NCBI GenBank assembly: GCA_965226795.1
Contig: CBDDDZ010000005.1
Coordinates: forward strand, 2,272,001 to 2,336,000
DNA: 64,000 bases
Direction of reading: 5' to 3'
Source: Candidatus Latescibacterota bacterium
GTDB taxonomy: Bacteria > Latescibacterota > UBA2968 > GCA-2709665
In this document: piece after piece, positions 31,050 to 42,222 of the stretch
Layout of the letters: each line of letters starts with the position of its first letter
Numbering within the stretch: position 1 is the stretch's first letter
Translations under genes and position numbers: made by a program
The notes under the pieces: model-generated
Told to the model about the DNA's origin: nothing
Seen by the model: the letters and a program-made list of their open reading frames with translations, nothing else
Database searches by the model: none

Positions 31050-31862
31050 CTAGCCGAGATGTTTTTCCAGCCACGCGACCGCGAAATTCGCCAGATCCCG
31101 CGCGTCGAACAGATACGAGTCCGCGGCTCCAACCCGCCCCACCTCGTAGCGTCCCTGAGCCATATATTCTTTCGAAATGGTCTGGAAATAACTACCATCG
31201 GGCCAATCAGTGATTCCATTGGAAGTATCAAACTGCTCGAACTCTATCCATTCGCGCTTGCCGTCGCGCAAGACCGGCCATCGATATCGCTCGGTTCTCT
31301 TGTTGGGTATGTCAGCCATATGTTCCGCATAGTGAAGAATGGTCAGGCTGTCGAACAGGCGTCCCAGCAGGAGTATTTTACCCCCAACGTCGCACAGCTT
31401 CTCGTGCGGGGAACCTGCGCCATAACCAAACTGAAGCGGGTGATCTGACGTTATCCAATCCGCGTCTGCGCCGACTGCCGCGACTCGCGCTTCGGGATGG
31501 TCGCTGCATCGCGCCCCGGGCCACGTACGCACGTACTCAGTAAGGATGCGCCACCGGCGATTGGCGCGAGTCCGGTACGGGTCGAACGGCGGACATTCTG
31601 CCAGATAGGCCTTCTGCCAGTCCTCCGGCCAATCATCAATTTCGTTCAAAGGCTCCTCGCACTTCACGTACATCATCAAGGTCCCCGTTGTACCGAGCAC
31701 GTCCAGCATCGCCCGGAGCACCATGTCAGGCCCCCCTACGATCCAGCCGACTGCCTTGACGGAAGCATGTAGCATCACCGTGTCACCCGAGGCAAGCCCC
31801 AGTTTCGACAAGTCAGATAACAATCTGCTTCGTGTAATCACTGGCAGGGCTGTGTTGACCAT
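31050..31862 (-). CDS. AAC(3) family aminoglycoside N(3)-acetyltransferase-like protein (second copy)
   Basis: Same length (813 bp) and closely similar protein to 24110-24922. Confidence 0.88.
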   Translation of the reverse strand: MVNTALPVITRSRLLSDLSKLGLASGDTVMLHASVKAVGWIVGGPDMVLRAMLDVLGTTGTLMMYVKCEEPLNEIDDWPEDWQKAYLAECPPFDPYRTRANRRWRILTEYVRTWPGARCSDHPEARVAAVGADADWITSDHPLQFGYGAGSPHEKLCDVGGKILLLGRLFDSLTILHYAEHMADIPNKRTERYRWPVLRDGKREWIEFEQFDTSNGITDWPDGSYFQTISKEYMAQGRYEVGRVGAADSYLFDARDLANFAVAWLEKHLG

Positions 31863-31900
31863 TATGTTTGCTTCCCCCGTCAGGGAAGACCTTGCACTGG

Positions 31901-31985
31901 GGTTAACGATTCGATGTCCAGAATCGCGAAGTGGTTGGACGAGGGCGCCAATGTGCACAAGTGCTTGAAGCACGAAAGTGTAACC
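31901..31985 (-). repeat. degenerate attC-like site
   Basis: GGTTAAC...GAATCGCGAAGTGGTTGG...GAAGCACGAAAGTGTAAC. Confidence 0.5.
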
Positions 31986-32016
31986 ACCGGCAAAATGGCC
32001 ACTGGCGCTTCCGGGG

Positions 32017-32781
32017 CTACGTCGATGCGGCGTGGGCAATCAAATTCCTAAGTTCATCGAGGGTCAGCGCCCGCTTGGCCTTCCTGTGGATCATACGATG
32101 GCAATTGCTGCAGACCACCGCCAGGTCTTGGTCCGGATCGACATCAAGTCCTTCATCTGGCGCAGTACTGAGCTCTTGGATGTGATGTACCTCCGCGAAA
32201 TTACGCCCCCATTTGCCGTAAAACTCCTCAAAGACAAATCCACACACTTGACACTTGTTTCCATGAATTCGTAGCGCGGCAGTCCGAAGTCGAGGGCTAC
32301 GTTCGCGCCTTCGTGACACTACAGCTTTGGTATTCCCCTCAATGCCCACGTTTACGATCTCGTAGTCCTCATCCGACTCGGCCTGAAGATCGCTCAGCAC
32401 GGACGACGGAATGGGTGCGACGTCGACTTCCACAAGGTGGCGTACCGCTTCCCAGACCTCAGCGTCGGTCCGCGCTTCCCACTGTTTGAGCACCCGAGCA
32501 TCTCGTTTTGGAAGAGGCTTCGGTTGTTCCCCTACCCGCCAGCCGCGACGTCCGGAGTCCACGTGACTGTCGAACTGATCGCGCGTGGCCTTTAGGCTAT
32601 TGTGGAAGGATCGCAGACTCCGTCCAGTCCCAAGTGCATCGAAGAAGGACGCGTAGGCCGCTGCCCAAGAATCGGTTCCCAATTCCGCAGGAGGAAGAGG
32701 GTTTTCCGCGTCTACCTTGCGACCGCAGCGAGAGAGGAATAAAGCTGCGAGAATGAAATCTTCACTTCGTTCGATCGACAT
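32017..32781 (-). CDS. HNH endonuclease (McrA-like C-terminus)
   Basis: ERSPRLR, CQVCGF.FEEFYG, EVHH, CSNCHRMIH. Confidence 0.88.
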   Translation of the reverse strand: MSIERSEDFILAALFLSRCGRKVDAENPLPPAELGTDSWAAAYASFFDALGTGRSLRSFHNSLKATRDQFDSHVDSGRRGWRVGEQPKPLPKRDARVLKQWEARTDAEVWEAVRHLVEVDVAPIPSSVLSDLQAESDEDYEIVNVGIEGNTKAVVSRRRERSPRLRTAALRIHGNKCQVCGFVFEEFYGKWGRNFAEVHHIQELSTAPDEGLDVDPDQDLAVVCSNCHRMIHRKAKRALTLDELRNLIAHAAST

Positions 32782-32820
32782 CCGTGTTTGCCCGGTTTCG
32801 TTAGGTTGATATTCAGTTTA

Positions 32821-32873
32821 AGATAACTTCTGCTCGTCCCCGAACTGCGGAGCCCAATTTGCTAGGGTTATAC
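32821..32873 (-). repeat. internally deleted attC-like site
   Basis: AGATAAC...CCCCGAAC...GTTATAC between two cassettes. Confidence 0.5.
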
Positions 32874-32891
32874 GGCGTGCATCTGAGAAAT

Positions 32892-33893
32892 CTAGAATGG
32901 AAGGTCATTGGGACCTTTAAATTCCTTTCCCTTATTCACGTTTTCCTGATCGAAGATGAAGTCCATACCGACCGTGAGATTAAGGATATCATCTCGATCC
33001 AAGAAAATCACCTGGCGTCGGCTATCGATGTCAAGACGCTGCCCAAGCCAGGTTTTCGCTTGCTTCGTTATCTGTCCCGCAGAAATGATGAACACATGAT
33101 CGACCAAGACACGCTTGTTGGTCTCGGGATCCCAGATGGGATAATCAAGGACCATGTGAATCTGATTCAAGACTTCCGAGATATTTGTGTTCCCACTCTT
33201 TCCCGCAGAGTCCAATTTGCCTTTCTTAACTTGAGCAGCGAAGTACAAGTAATGAGTGGTTGGAAGCTGAAACTTCATCCACAAGTCGTTCCCGAACTCT
33301 AAGGCTTTATCAGAGTGCCCACTGATCGAAATTCGAGAAAAACCCAACTGTGCGAAAAGTGGCTGCAGAAACTCCTCGATGATCTGGTCCTCACTCATTT
33401 TGTCAAGGTGTCGACTGAGATCAGCACGCCGCTCGACTTCCTGGGGCGTCCACTTCCTCGCTGAATCTTGCGGTACGGAAGTAACTTGTGTTCCTGTGCT
33501 TCTTATGTAGCACTTCTTGTTCTCGTCATAGAATACACTCAAGCCGTCTCGAGCCAGTGTGAGATTGACATCGGCGAGTGCTCCATCTGGGTCTATCTCA
33601 TTCTGCTTGAGTTCTGCATAGTCTAGTAACTCCTGGATAATTCTTGTAATCTCAGGCGAAGGGAGTTGTGGCTGCGGTGCTGGTAATCCGTTTAGTTCAT
33701 TCAGTCGATCGACAACCCAATTCTTTCTAGTTGATCCATCGTGCGAATAATCAAATCCGCTGGCCTCGAAGAATTCGGTAAGGTACGTACTCGATCTGTA
33801 CGGGAAATTGTCCCACGCAAATCCTCCCATACCGCCAGATGCGCCACAGATCATTTCTGCAAGTGTCTGAATTGATCGCTTGGTGAGTTTCAA
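32892..33893 (-). CDS. putative defence protein: AbiJ-like N-terminal domain plus restriction-endonuclease-like (PD-(D/E)xK) domain
   Basis: N-term YRSS.YLT.FF...HDGSTR..WV; C-term E.GND...AQVK. Confidence 0.65.
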   Translation of the reverse strand: MKLTKRSIQTLAEMICGASGGMGGFAWDNFPYRSSTYLTEFFEASGFDYSHDGSTRKNWVVDRLNELNGLPAPQPQLPSPEITRIIQELLDYAELKQNEIDPDGALADVNLTLARDGLSVFYDENKKCYIRSTGTQVTSVPQDSARKWTPQEVERRADLSRHLDKMSEDQIIEEFLQPLFAQLGFSRISISGHSDKALEFGNDLWMKFQLPTTHYLYFAAQVKKGKLDSAGKSGNTNISEVLNQIHMVLDYPIWDPETNKRVLVDHVFIISAGQITKQAKTWLGQRLDIDSRRQVIFLDRDDILNLTVGMDFIFDQENVNKGKEFKGPNDLPF

Positions 33894-34722
33894 GATTCAA
33901 ACCTCTTTTTTCAACAAACCGTTCAACGAATGACGTCGTTTATCTCCACAAATTGAAATGCGATGAACCACATCAGTGGGAGCAGAGTAAGTGATCCATC
34001 AACACCGTCAGGCAGACCTCGAAATCTGTTGGGAAGCCAGCGTCAATAGACGTCTTCATCGCAGCCAAACCTGTTACGTACTGTTTTTGTCGTGCTTTCC
34101 GACTCTCTGCAAACGGGATAATCCGTCAAGGATCTCTCGTTCTCCCCCTGTAATTTCACGAACCCTTTCAACCACGTGGACAAGGACTTTGCGTATAGTA
34201 CTCGCCAGCTCTAAGCACTCCTTGTCGGTTAGATTTCCGTGAATCCCTTTACTCAGCGCATCATGCAAAACAACCAAAGGATTATGGGTTCCGATGTACA
34301 CGGATCTAGGAATTAAGACTTTTATTTCGTCGATTGATTGTGAAAACTTCCAATGGCCCTTTGTTTCCCGCAGCGGGAGCACAAAATCGACATCAGTTAC
34401 TTCAGCAGCCTTTATCATCTGGTCTATCAGACAGTCCCTCTGGTTCTCAAGTGCTAGCCGGTAGTAGGCAAAAGCCCCGATACCAAGACCTTGATTTTCG
34501 GACCTTTTCCCTTTAAGTAGAACATCAACATCTGATCGGTCAAGATTGCGCAATACCGAATTCGGGAATTTCTGACCGTAACCAGGATATTCTCCAACTT
34601 TGAACACAACCCAAGTGATTAGCGACATTTAGAAATCCGTTCTAACGACAATTAAAATTCCCGGTATGGCAAGCGGTTCGTAAACTAACCCAGACCCCTT
34701 CCCCAAGCGATAGGAGGGCTGG

Positions 34723-36215
34723 ATGGTTACGGACCAGCAAGTGAGGAGACTCATGGCGCTGATCCCGAGAGAACCGACGTTGTGCTTGGCAGCAGCAAAG
34801 GCCGGGATGGACGAGAAGACGGCACGAAAATACAGGAGGTCAGGTCAGTTACCCAGCGAGGTTCAAGCCCCCCATACGTGGCGGACCCGTCCAGACCCAT
34901 TCGCCGAGGTGTGGGGCGAGGTCGTGCTGCTTCTGGAGGTGAACCCGGGGCTTCAGGCCAAAACGGTGTTTGAGCACCTGCAGCGTCAGTATCCGGGTCG
35001 GTTTTCGGATGGCCAGTTGCGCACGTTACAGCGCCGCGTGAAGGTGTGGCGTGCCACAGCCGGTCCTCCTCGGGAGGTATTTTTCCCTCAGGTGCACTAT
35101 CCCTCAGACCGTTGCCAATCGGATTTTACGTGTCTCAACGACCTATGTGTGACCCTCGGTGGCTTGCCTTTCGATCATTTGGTCTACCACTTCGTGCTGA
35201 CGTATTCCAACTGGGAGACGGCCTCCATCTGCTTCTCCGAGAGCTTTGAGAGCCTCAGTGGAGGGCTGCAGCAGGCGCTTTGGGAGCTTGGCGGCGTGCC
35301 CCGTACCCACCAGACGGACCGGCTCAGTGCGGCGGTTCAGGACGTGGGGCGCCAGGAGATCTTCACCGCACGTTATCGGGCGCTGCTGTCCCACTACGGC
35401 CTGGAAGCCCGTGCGACCCAGGCTGCGCCAGTCCTCACGAGAATGGCGACGTGGAGCAGCGTCACTACCGCTTCAAGCAGGCCCTGGACCAGGCCCTGAT
35501 GTTGCGTGGCTCCCGGGCGTTTGACACCCGCAGATCCTATGAGCGCTTTGTACGCCGTCTGCTTTCCCAACTCAACGCCGGCCGGAAGGATCGCGTGCAG
35601 GAAGAGTTGGCCCTGTTGCGTCCCCTTCCCCAAAGGCGCCTGGAGACCTGCAAGCGCCTGCGGGTCAAGGTCGGGAAAAGCAGCACCATCCGCGTGGTCC
35701 ACAACGTCTACTCGGTCAACAGCCGCCTGATCGGGGAGACGGTGGATGTGCGTGTCCACACCGAACACATCGAGGTCTGGTATGGCTCCCGCCGTGTAGA
35801 GCGCCTGCCCCGGCTGCGTGGGGAAAGCCACCACCTGATCCAGTACCGGCACATCATCGACTGGCTGGTGCGTAAGCCCGGCGCTTTTGAAAACTATCGC
35901 TACCGTGCGGACCTGTTTCCCACCAGCCGCTTCCGGATGGCCTACGACAGCCTGCGAGCCCATCATACCCCACGGCGTGCCGACAGTGCATATCTGCGCA
36001 TCCTCCACCTTGCCGCCAAGGAGAGCCAAACCAAGGTGGAACAGGCCCTTTGTCATCTTCTGCGACAGGATAGCCTCAAAAGCGCCGAAGCCGTCGAAAC
36101 GCTCATCGGGCAGCAACAAGCCGACGTGCCCATCATCCCCGACGTCGCCATCCCTTCGGTAGATCTGAACCCCTACGATGGGCTCCTGCACCCACTGGAG
36201 GTGGCCGCCCGATGA
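34723..36215 (+). pseudogene. istA: IS21 transposase IstA, 1-bp frameshift near 35430
   Basis: HTH, QSDFT, TD, then PHENGDVEQ in the next frame. Confidence 0.88.
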
Positions 36216-36976
36216 GCACCGATCGTTTGCGATCCGACCTGGTGGGCTGTCTCAAGACGTTGCGCCTGCCCACCATACGGCAAGCCTTTGCACAGCAGGC
36301 CGAACTGGCAAGACGGGAAGGACAAAGCTATGAGCACTATCTCCTGGACCTGCTTCAGCAAGAATGCGAGGTGCGCCAACACAACCGCACCCTCCGCTTC
36401 CTACGCGAGTCGAAGCTGCCGTTGGAGAAAAGCCTGGAGATGTTTGACCGCACACGACTGCCCGCACCCCAAAACGCCCTCGTCGCAACCCTTGTGGACG
36501 GCGCCTTCCTCGACCGCACGGAAAATGTGCTCGCCTTCGGGCCCCCGGGCAGCGGGAAAACCCATCTGCTTTGTGCCATCGCGCAGACCCTCATCCATCA
36601 GGGACGCCGCATCCTGTTCACGCCCTGCAACCTGCTGGTACAGGAACTCCTTCTGGCCAAACGCGATCTGCGCTTGCCACGCCTCCTCAAACGCTTTGCC
36701 AAATACGATGCCCTCCTCCTCGACGATATCGGCTACGTCCAGCACAGCCGCGAAGAGATGGAAGTCCTCTTCGCCCTCCTGGCACATCGCTACGAGCGAG
36801 CAAGCGTCATGATCACTTCAAACCTGCCCTTCTCCGGATGGGAGGCCATCTTCAAGGACCCGATGACCACCGCCGCGGTGATCGACCGGCTCGTACATCA
36901 CGCCATCATCATCGATATGAACCTCAAAAGCTACCGACTCGAACACGCACAAAAATACCACAAACATCACCACTGA
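36212..36976 (+). CDS. istB: IS21 helper ATPase IstB
   Basis: GPPGSGKTH, LLLDDIGY, ITSN, DRLVHH. Confidence 0.95.
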   Translation: MSTDRLRSDLVGCLKTLRLPTIRQAFAQQAELARREGQSYEHYLLDLLQQECEVRQHNRTLRFLRESKLPLEKSLEMFDRTRLPAPQNALVATLVDGAFLDRTENVLAFGPPGSGKTHLLCAIAQTLIHQGRRILFTPCNLLVQELLLAKRDLRLPRLLKRFAKYDALLLDDIGYVQHSREEMEVLFALLAHRYERASVMITSNLPFSGWEAIFKDPMTTAAVIDRLVHHAIIIDMNLKSYRLEHAQKYHKHHH

Positions 36977-37502
36977 TCGGGAATTCTAATTGTCGTTGAA
37001 TAGAAAAAATAGTTGACGTTAGTCACCCAAGATCTGTTAGAAAAAGCTTCGCGATTTGCGGTCATCGGAGACTGTTCCATCTGCACTAACAACGAGTACA
37101 TCTTTTCGTGCTGCTCACATTCCGGACAAGAAAATAAAAGCGTAATGTGTCCCATAGCGTGCTGCATGTCAGGTATTGAAGTATCGAATTGCTCGACTAT
37201 AAATCCCGTATCAGTAATATGACTCCGTGGTATGTATTCTCCCTCAGGCAGCCGGTGCCTCCGTGGACCGCCACAGTTACGGCATTCGACGAGTGGTCTT
37301 CCTGGTGCGAAGCGTACTTTGGGTGGCAATGGTTGTCTCGCATGGATGTCGGCGGGCTCAATTTCCCATAGAGTCTTCACTCTTCTAGCATTGCCCGGTG
37401 GAACTTGCTCTAGAAAGTCGTTAATGCTTAAGGGATCAGAGGTAACTCCGTGGTCACTCATAATATCACCTCTTAGAATCTGTTTGTCGGTTTTTCCGTC
37501 TC

Positions 37503-37571
37503 GCAATACGTCGAAGTTTCGCGAACCGCGAACGCATGGAAGCGCCGAAGCCAAGCACGAATCAGTTAGGC
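37503..37571 (-). repeat. degenerate attC-like site overlapping the upstream stop codon
   Basis: TTTCGCGAACCGCG...GCGCCGAAGC...GTTAGGC. Confidence 0.55.
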
Positions 37572-38070
37572 GAGGCCGACCTTCTCTTTGGCCTGTTTAA
37601 TTTTGCGAATTTGGATTTCCGTAAGAACGGCTCCCGGTACCCTTTCCAATTCACCAACTATATCATCAAACTCCTCGATTGCCTGGTGAATGCCCACGAC
37701 CTTCGCACAGATCACCGTCGCCTCGAGAAAATACCCTTGAGACAAACTGTGGGCTAATCCAAACATCGTTTCGAGAGTTTGCTCTCTAAGGCCAGCATAG
37801 ATCGTTGCGCCAGAATGGGCGGACCAGCATCCAAAACGATAATCGTAGAGATATTTGGCTTCGCACGAGGGTCCGAATTTGCTCGCCCGCTCTCTAACGT
37901 TCATACCAGACCAATGGTCTGGTCGGTTGGGCCGCCCGTTTCTCTTTCGTCCCCAGTGTCTAACTACTATTTCCTCTATTTGGCGCTCCGTTTCCGGTTG
38001 CTCCACAAACTTTCGATGGTTATCAACTTCAAGAGGCACTTCGGGGTGTTCGTCCGAAAACGCGACTAGT

Positions 38071-39951
38071 CCTTAAACAAGCGTGATGGTGAGATTTTTC
38101 TGGTCCAAGAGACCGGAAAGGCCTACCGTTGTTGGAGATAGATGGATTGCGCTAGAAATCATCACTCCAACGCAGGAGACCTTTCCGGTGAAAAGAATAT
38201 CGGTTGATGACAGCCGCAGGAACAGTGCTCGTCGCAAACGCAAAGTGGCCGCCCGCCACGGTCGAGCGGGGCATTGGCAGGCGCAGCCCCGGCCCATGTT
38301 CAGTCCTGGCAAAGTGCACTACGAGGTGGGCGCCTACACCGACGCGATGAGTTACGGAGGCATCGGCGCCGTGCATCGCCTGGTCACCAAGCTGGGACTG
38401 CCCAAGCGCATCGACGCGTCGCTGTCCCTGTTGAAGGTGCATCTGCCCTATCATGAGTCGGACCACGTGCTCAACATCGCTTACAACGTGTTGTGCGGCG
38501 GCACGCGCCTGGAGGATATCGAGCGTTTGCGACATGACGGGGCCTACATGAATGCCCTGGGTGCTCAGTTGATTCCCGATCCGACCACGGCGGGTGACTT
38601 TTGCCGACGCTTCTCGGAACGGGACATCGTCGAACTGATGGCGTGCATCAACGCGGTGCGATCCTCCTTGTGGGCATCGCGTGGCCGCAAATTGCTTTGT
38701 GACATCACCTATATCGACGTGGACGGCACAAACGTGCCGACGTATGGAAAGCGCAAGAGGGGTATGGACATCTCTTACCAGGGCATCTGGGGCTACCATC
38801 CGCTGGTGATCTCACTGGCCAACACGAAGGAAGTGCTCTTCCTGGTCAACCGACCGGGGAATGTGCCCAGCCACACCGGTGCGGCACCCTGGATCGACGC
38901 GGCCTTGGCGCTGGTGCAGCCCCACGCCAAGCGCCTCTGTGTACGTGGCGACACCGACTTTTCCTTGACCCGACATTTTGATCGATGGGCCAAAAGCGTC
39001 GACTTCATCTTCGGGATGGACGCCAACGCGACGATGCGTTCCCGTGCTGAGGCCCTCGACGAGGCACAATGGCAGCCCCTGCAACGCAAACCCCGTTATC
39101 ACACCGTGACCGACCAGAAGCGGAAGCGCAATCAGCCCCACGAGAAACAGCGCATCGTCCGCAAACGGGCCTACGCCAACCTGGTCCTCAACCACGAACA
39201 CGTGGCCGAGTTCAACTACCAACCCACGCGCTGTAAACGTGTGTATCGCGTCGTGGTCCTGCGCAAGAACATCAGTAAAATGAAGGGCGACCTTGTCCTG
39301 TTCGACGAATGCCGTTATTTCTTCTATATCACGACACGCACGGACGTAAGCCCCGCCGAGATCGTCGCCTGTGCCAACCAACGCTGCGATCAGGAGAACG
39401 TCATCGAGCAACTCAAAAACGGCGTCAACGCCTTGCGCGTGCCCCTGTATGACCTGGTCAGCAACTGGGCCTACATGGTCATCGCCGCCCTGGCCTGGAA
39501 CCTCAAATCCTGGTTTGCCATGATGATGCACCGACACCTGGACCGACAGCAGTACGTCCGCATGGAATTCCGGCGCTTCATCCACAGCATCATCTTGATT
39601 CCCTGCCACGTCATCCAACGCGCGCACACCACCACGTTGCGCCTCATCGGCTATCAACCCACCCTCGATCGCCTCTTCAGCACCTGGCGTATCATTGAAC
39701 GCACCGGATTTGGATAACACCCATGCAGCACGACCGATGACACACACACGCCGCGCCATCCCCACACCCCTCAACGGACCGGTGTGTCCACCACGCGCCT
39801 GACCGACACTTCGGATACTCAATTCACGATAGCGACCACGACAAACACCGCCCCAAAGATCATCCAAAACGCCAATTCCATATAAATCGACACCAACGCC
39901 TCACCACAAACACAGATCGATGTGCCGCACACGAAACTCGCTTATTTTAGG
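38071..39951 (+). mobile_element. IS1380 family insertion sequence
   Basis: IRs CCTTAAACAAGCG / CGCTTATTTTAGG; ACTAGT duplicated on both flanks. Confidence 0.9.
38188..39717 (+). CDS. IS1380 family DDE transposase
   Basis: PDPTT..DF, IDVDGT, GYHPL, RGDTDF, R...EN.IEQLK. Confidence 0.9.
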   Translation: MKRISVDDSRRNSARRKRKVAARHGRAGHWQAQPRPMFSPGKVHYEVGAYTDAMSYGGIGAVHRLVTKLGLPKRIDASLSLLKVHLPYHESDHVLNIAYNVLCGGTRLEDIERLRHDGAYMNALGAQLIPDPTTAGDFCRRFSERDIVELMACINAVRSSLWASRGRKLLCDITYIDVDGTNVPTYGKRKRGMDISYQGIWGYHPLVISLANTKEVLFLVNRPGNVPSHTGAAPWIDAALALVQPHAKRLCVRGDTDFSLTRHFDRWAKSVDFIFGMDANATMRSRAEALDEAQWQPLQRKPRYHTVTDQKRKRNQPHEKQRIVRKRAYANLVLNHEHVAEFNYQPTRCKRVYRVVVLRKNISKMKGDLVLFDECRYFFYITTRTDVSPAEIVACANQRCDQENVIEQLKNGVNALRVPLYDLVSNWAYMVIAALAWNLKSWFAMMMHRHLDRQQYVRMEFRRFIHSIILIPCHVIQRAHTTTLRLIGYQPTLDRLFSTWRIIERTGFG

Positions 39952-40542
39952 ACTAGTTCCTCCGCCCATCGAAATCGCTCCACTTCTGGGAACCCATGAA
40001 ACTTCGCAACCAACCTTCCATCGGCATCGGAGGCTAGTAGCTTAAGGTCAAGAAGAAGCTCGAATAAGACCCTCGTTGCGGTTGCTGCAGCCTGAAAATG
40101 AAGAGGGTCATTTATGCTGGTCAGAGACTTTATCCAACAGTACATACGATAATATAAACCGGTCACTGCCTGTTCTCGGTCATCTGGTTTCAGTCGTCCC
40201 GTGAGATTCGGCACCATTACTTTCTCGGCGAAATTACCAATGGCATCAGTGCCTTTGCAAAAGGCCTCAACTCGCTCCTGGACTGAAAATTCAGGTTCAT
40301 CGGCGTCGAACATTTCATCAAGAGTGGACATATCTTCCTGCCTTAGTCTTTGCGTTTCGTCAAATGCCGGCGGTGGCCAACGGGCTGTATAAGAAGAACC
40401 GGATTAATCGGTCTCAGCGTTGTATTCTAAAGTTGTTGATTAAGCACGAAAAGACCGTATCCGCCGCGAGAGCCAGGTACGATGCGGCCACCAGCGATCT
40501 TTTGTCAGCACCCGCAGCTTTGAAGGGAATAGTGGCGGGAGA

Positions 40543-41160
40543 TCAGGAGCGCATTCGTTCAAGGCAATCCTCATAAGCCTCAAAGAGCTCTCCTTCTTGT
40601 TCCTCGGGATCAACCTTCTTGAGGAACAACGCGCTGCCCGGCTTCTTGCCGGTAAACTCAAGGTGGCTCTTGATATGTGCCGGGTCCTCACCGATCCACT
40701 TGACCTCGCCATCCTGCAGATACACGAAATTCCCTCCGTGTTCCTCGATCATCGCCTGCATCCGATCGCGATTGAAGAGTCCCTGTTCGCAAGCCGTTTC
40801 CCTTACAGTGGCCATGATGCCAGGCGGATCTTCCTCGACAGAGTCGAATTCGTTCAATGGACCCTCGACCTCACTCTCGAAGTCGATTTCGTCGAGACTG
40901 ACCGTTCCAAATCCGCTCTGCGCCGCAACGAGGAGATGGTTTCGGTCGCGTCGGAATGGCGGCGTCGGCCAATCGGACGCGGGATCGTGCCCCATCAGGC
41001 TGGCGCCGACGGCATCGGTGGCGATGATCTGGTCGCCCGCGATGAGGGTGTTGCACACGCGGCCCTCGCCGCCCCGCTCACGACCCCATTGACCGGTCGT
41101 GGCGTCCACGATATCGAGACACGGGTTGGTTATGCACGCCAGATCGGGAGTACGTAGGAC
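40543..41160 (-). pseudogene. 3' half duplicate of the DUF362 gene at 43147-44355
   Basis: Near-identical C-terminal ~200 aa; homology stops at ~41161, next to the upstream gene's stop. Confidence 0.85.
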
Positions 41161-41166
41161 AATGAG

Positions 41167-42069
41167 TTATGCGTTCGTTTGCGCTTCAAGGTTGCGACAG
41201 ACTTTCAGCAAAGCCTCTTGAACGTTCAGGAACTCAAGGCACCCAGGAGGGAGTGGGTACTCTGCGATGTCGAAGTGCTCGAATGGATTGATGATTTTCT
41301 GCCTTGCAAAGATATAGAGCGCTTTCTGTTGATCTGTAGCTTCAGGCACCTCCTCAAAGGGGATACAACAATTATTCCGCCACAGTCGAGGGTCAACCGC
41401 CTCAACCATCGCCTGAATTCGTGAAGGGCGGTTCTCAAACCTCAAGTTCAGGAATTCAGACAATCTCCCGGCCTGCTCACGTGGTTTGCGCATGATGTCT
41501 TCGTAGCCAAGAAAGATCCGGTGCGCCGCATTTTCTGTGTGGTGAAGTATCAGTGTCATCATGCGCTGCCAACGCAACAAATTCAACGCGACGAAAGAGA
41601 CCCGAACTTTCCCGTTGGACGGCATAATGAACTTCTGCCACGACACTGCTGCATCGAGAGGGTTGCGAATCGTGATTACATAAACCGCCTCTTACCATAT
41701 CTGTTTCCAAAATGGCAAAAAATGGGCGAGCGCAGGGTCCTTCCAGAAAAAGGGACCACCGTTATGCATTTCTGACATCAGTTTAACGGCTTTAATTCTG
41801 TTCCCTGGTTCAGTGGCTTTGTCTTCTATTCGCTGCTGGAAGTCAGAGTCCCACCACGTCGCTCCGGAAGCAAAGTCACCTAACTCGGCCAGAAAATCCC
41901 ATAACGGCAGATATTCCCAATATCCTCTGGGCGCATGGGTATCAGCTTCGTGCAGTCTTTCGGAAGCGCCAGCATAGGCGCCCCATCTATGTACCATCTC
42001 GGCAACGACAGAGGTCCCGCTGCGCTCTACCCCCAGCACGATAATTGGACGGCTTTCATATCTGATCAT
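41167..42069 (-). pseudogene. sulfotransferase-family protein with an internal TAA
   Basis: VLGVERSGTS (PAPS loop), WKDP, IW*EAVYVITIRNPLDAAVS in one frame. Confidence 0.8.
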
Positions 42070-42222
42070 TCAGAAGCCCCTCAAGGCGTTAGCCTTGATT
42101 CGTCATATTTCGGCGAAGTTAGTTTGAATTTGCCCAGAAGAACAAAGGCGATTTGACTTTACAATTGGACAATTCTTGAGTTCACCGGATGTGACCGGAG
42201 AATAAGTGCAACCGATTCTCCT

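Larger units (their letters stand above)
34616..37025 (+). mobile_element. IS21 family insertion sequence
   Basis: TGATTAGCGAC.../...GACGTTAGTCA ends with internal AACGACAATTA(A/G)AATTCCCG repeat; 6-bp TSD CCCAAG. Confidence 0.92.
34074..37461 (-). pseudogene. 323-aa Zn-ribbon plus helical (DUF4145/HEPN-like) protein interrupted by IS21
   Basis: Removing the IS and one TSD joins ...SNRSWV|VFKVGEYP in frame (972 bp); CRNC and CPEC motifs; AFAYYR..LE, LSKGIH. Confidence 0.75.
37566..40331 (-). pseudogene. 292-aa DUF5677-like (HEPN-like) protein interrupted by IS1380
   Basis: Removing the IS and one ACTAGT joins ...RWAEELV|AFSDEHP... in frame (879 bp); R..FE, HWSG, Y...C...H motifs. Confidence 0.75.
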
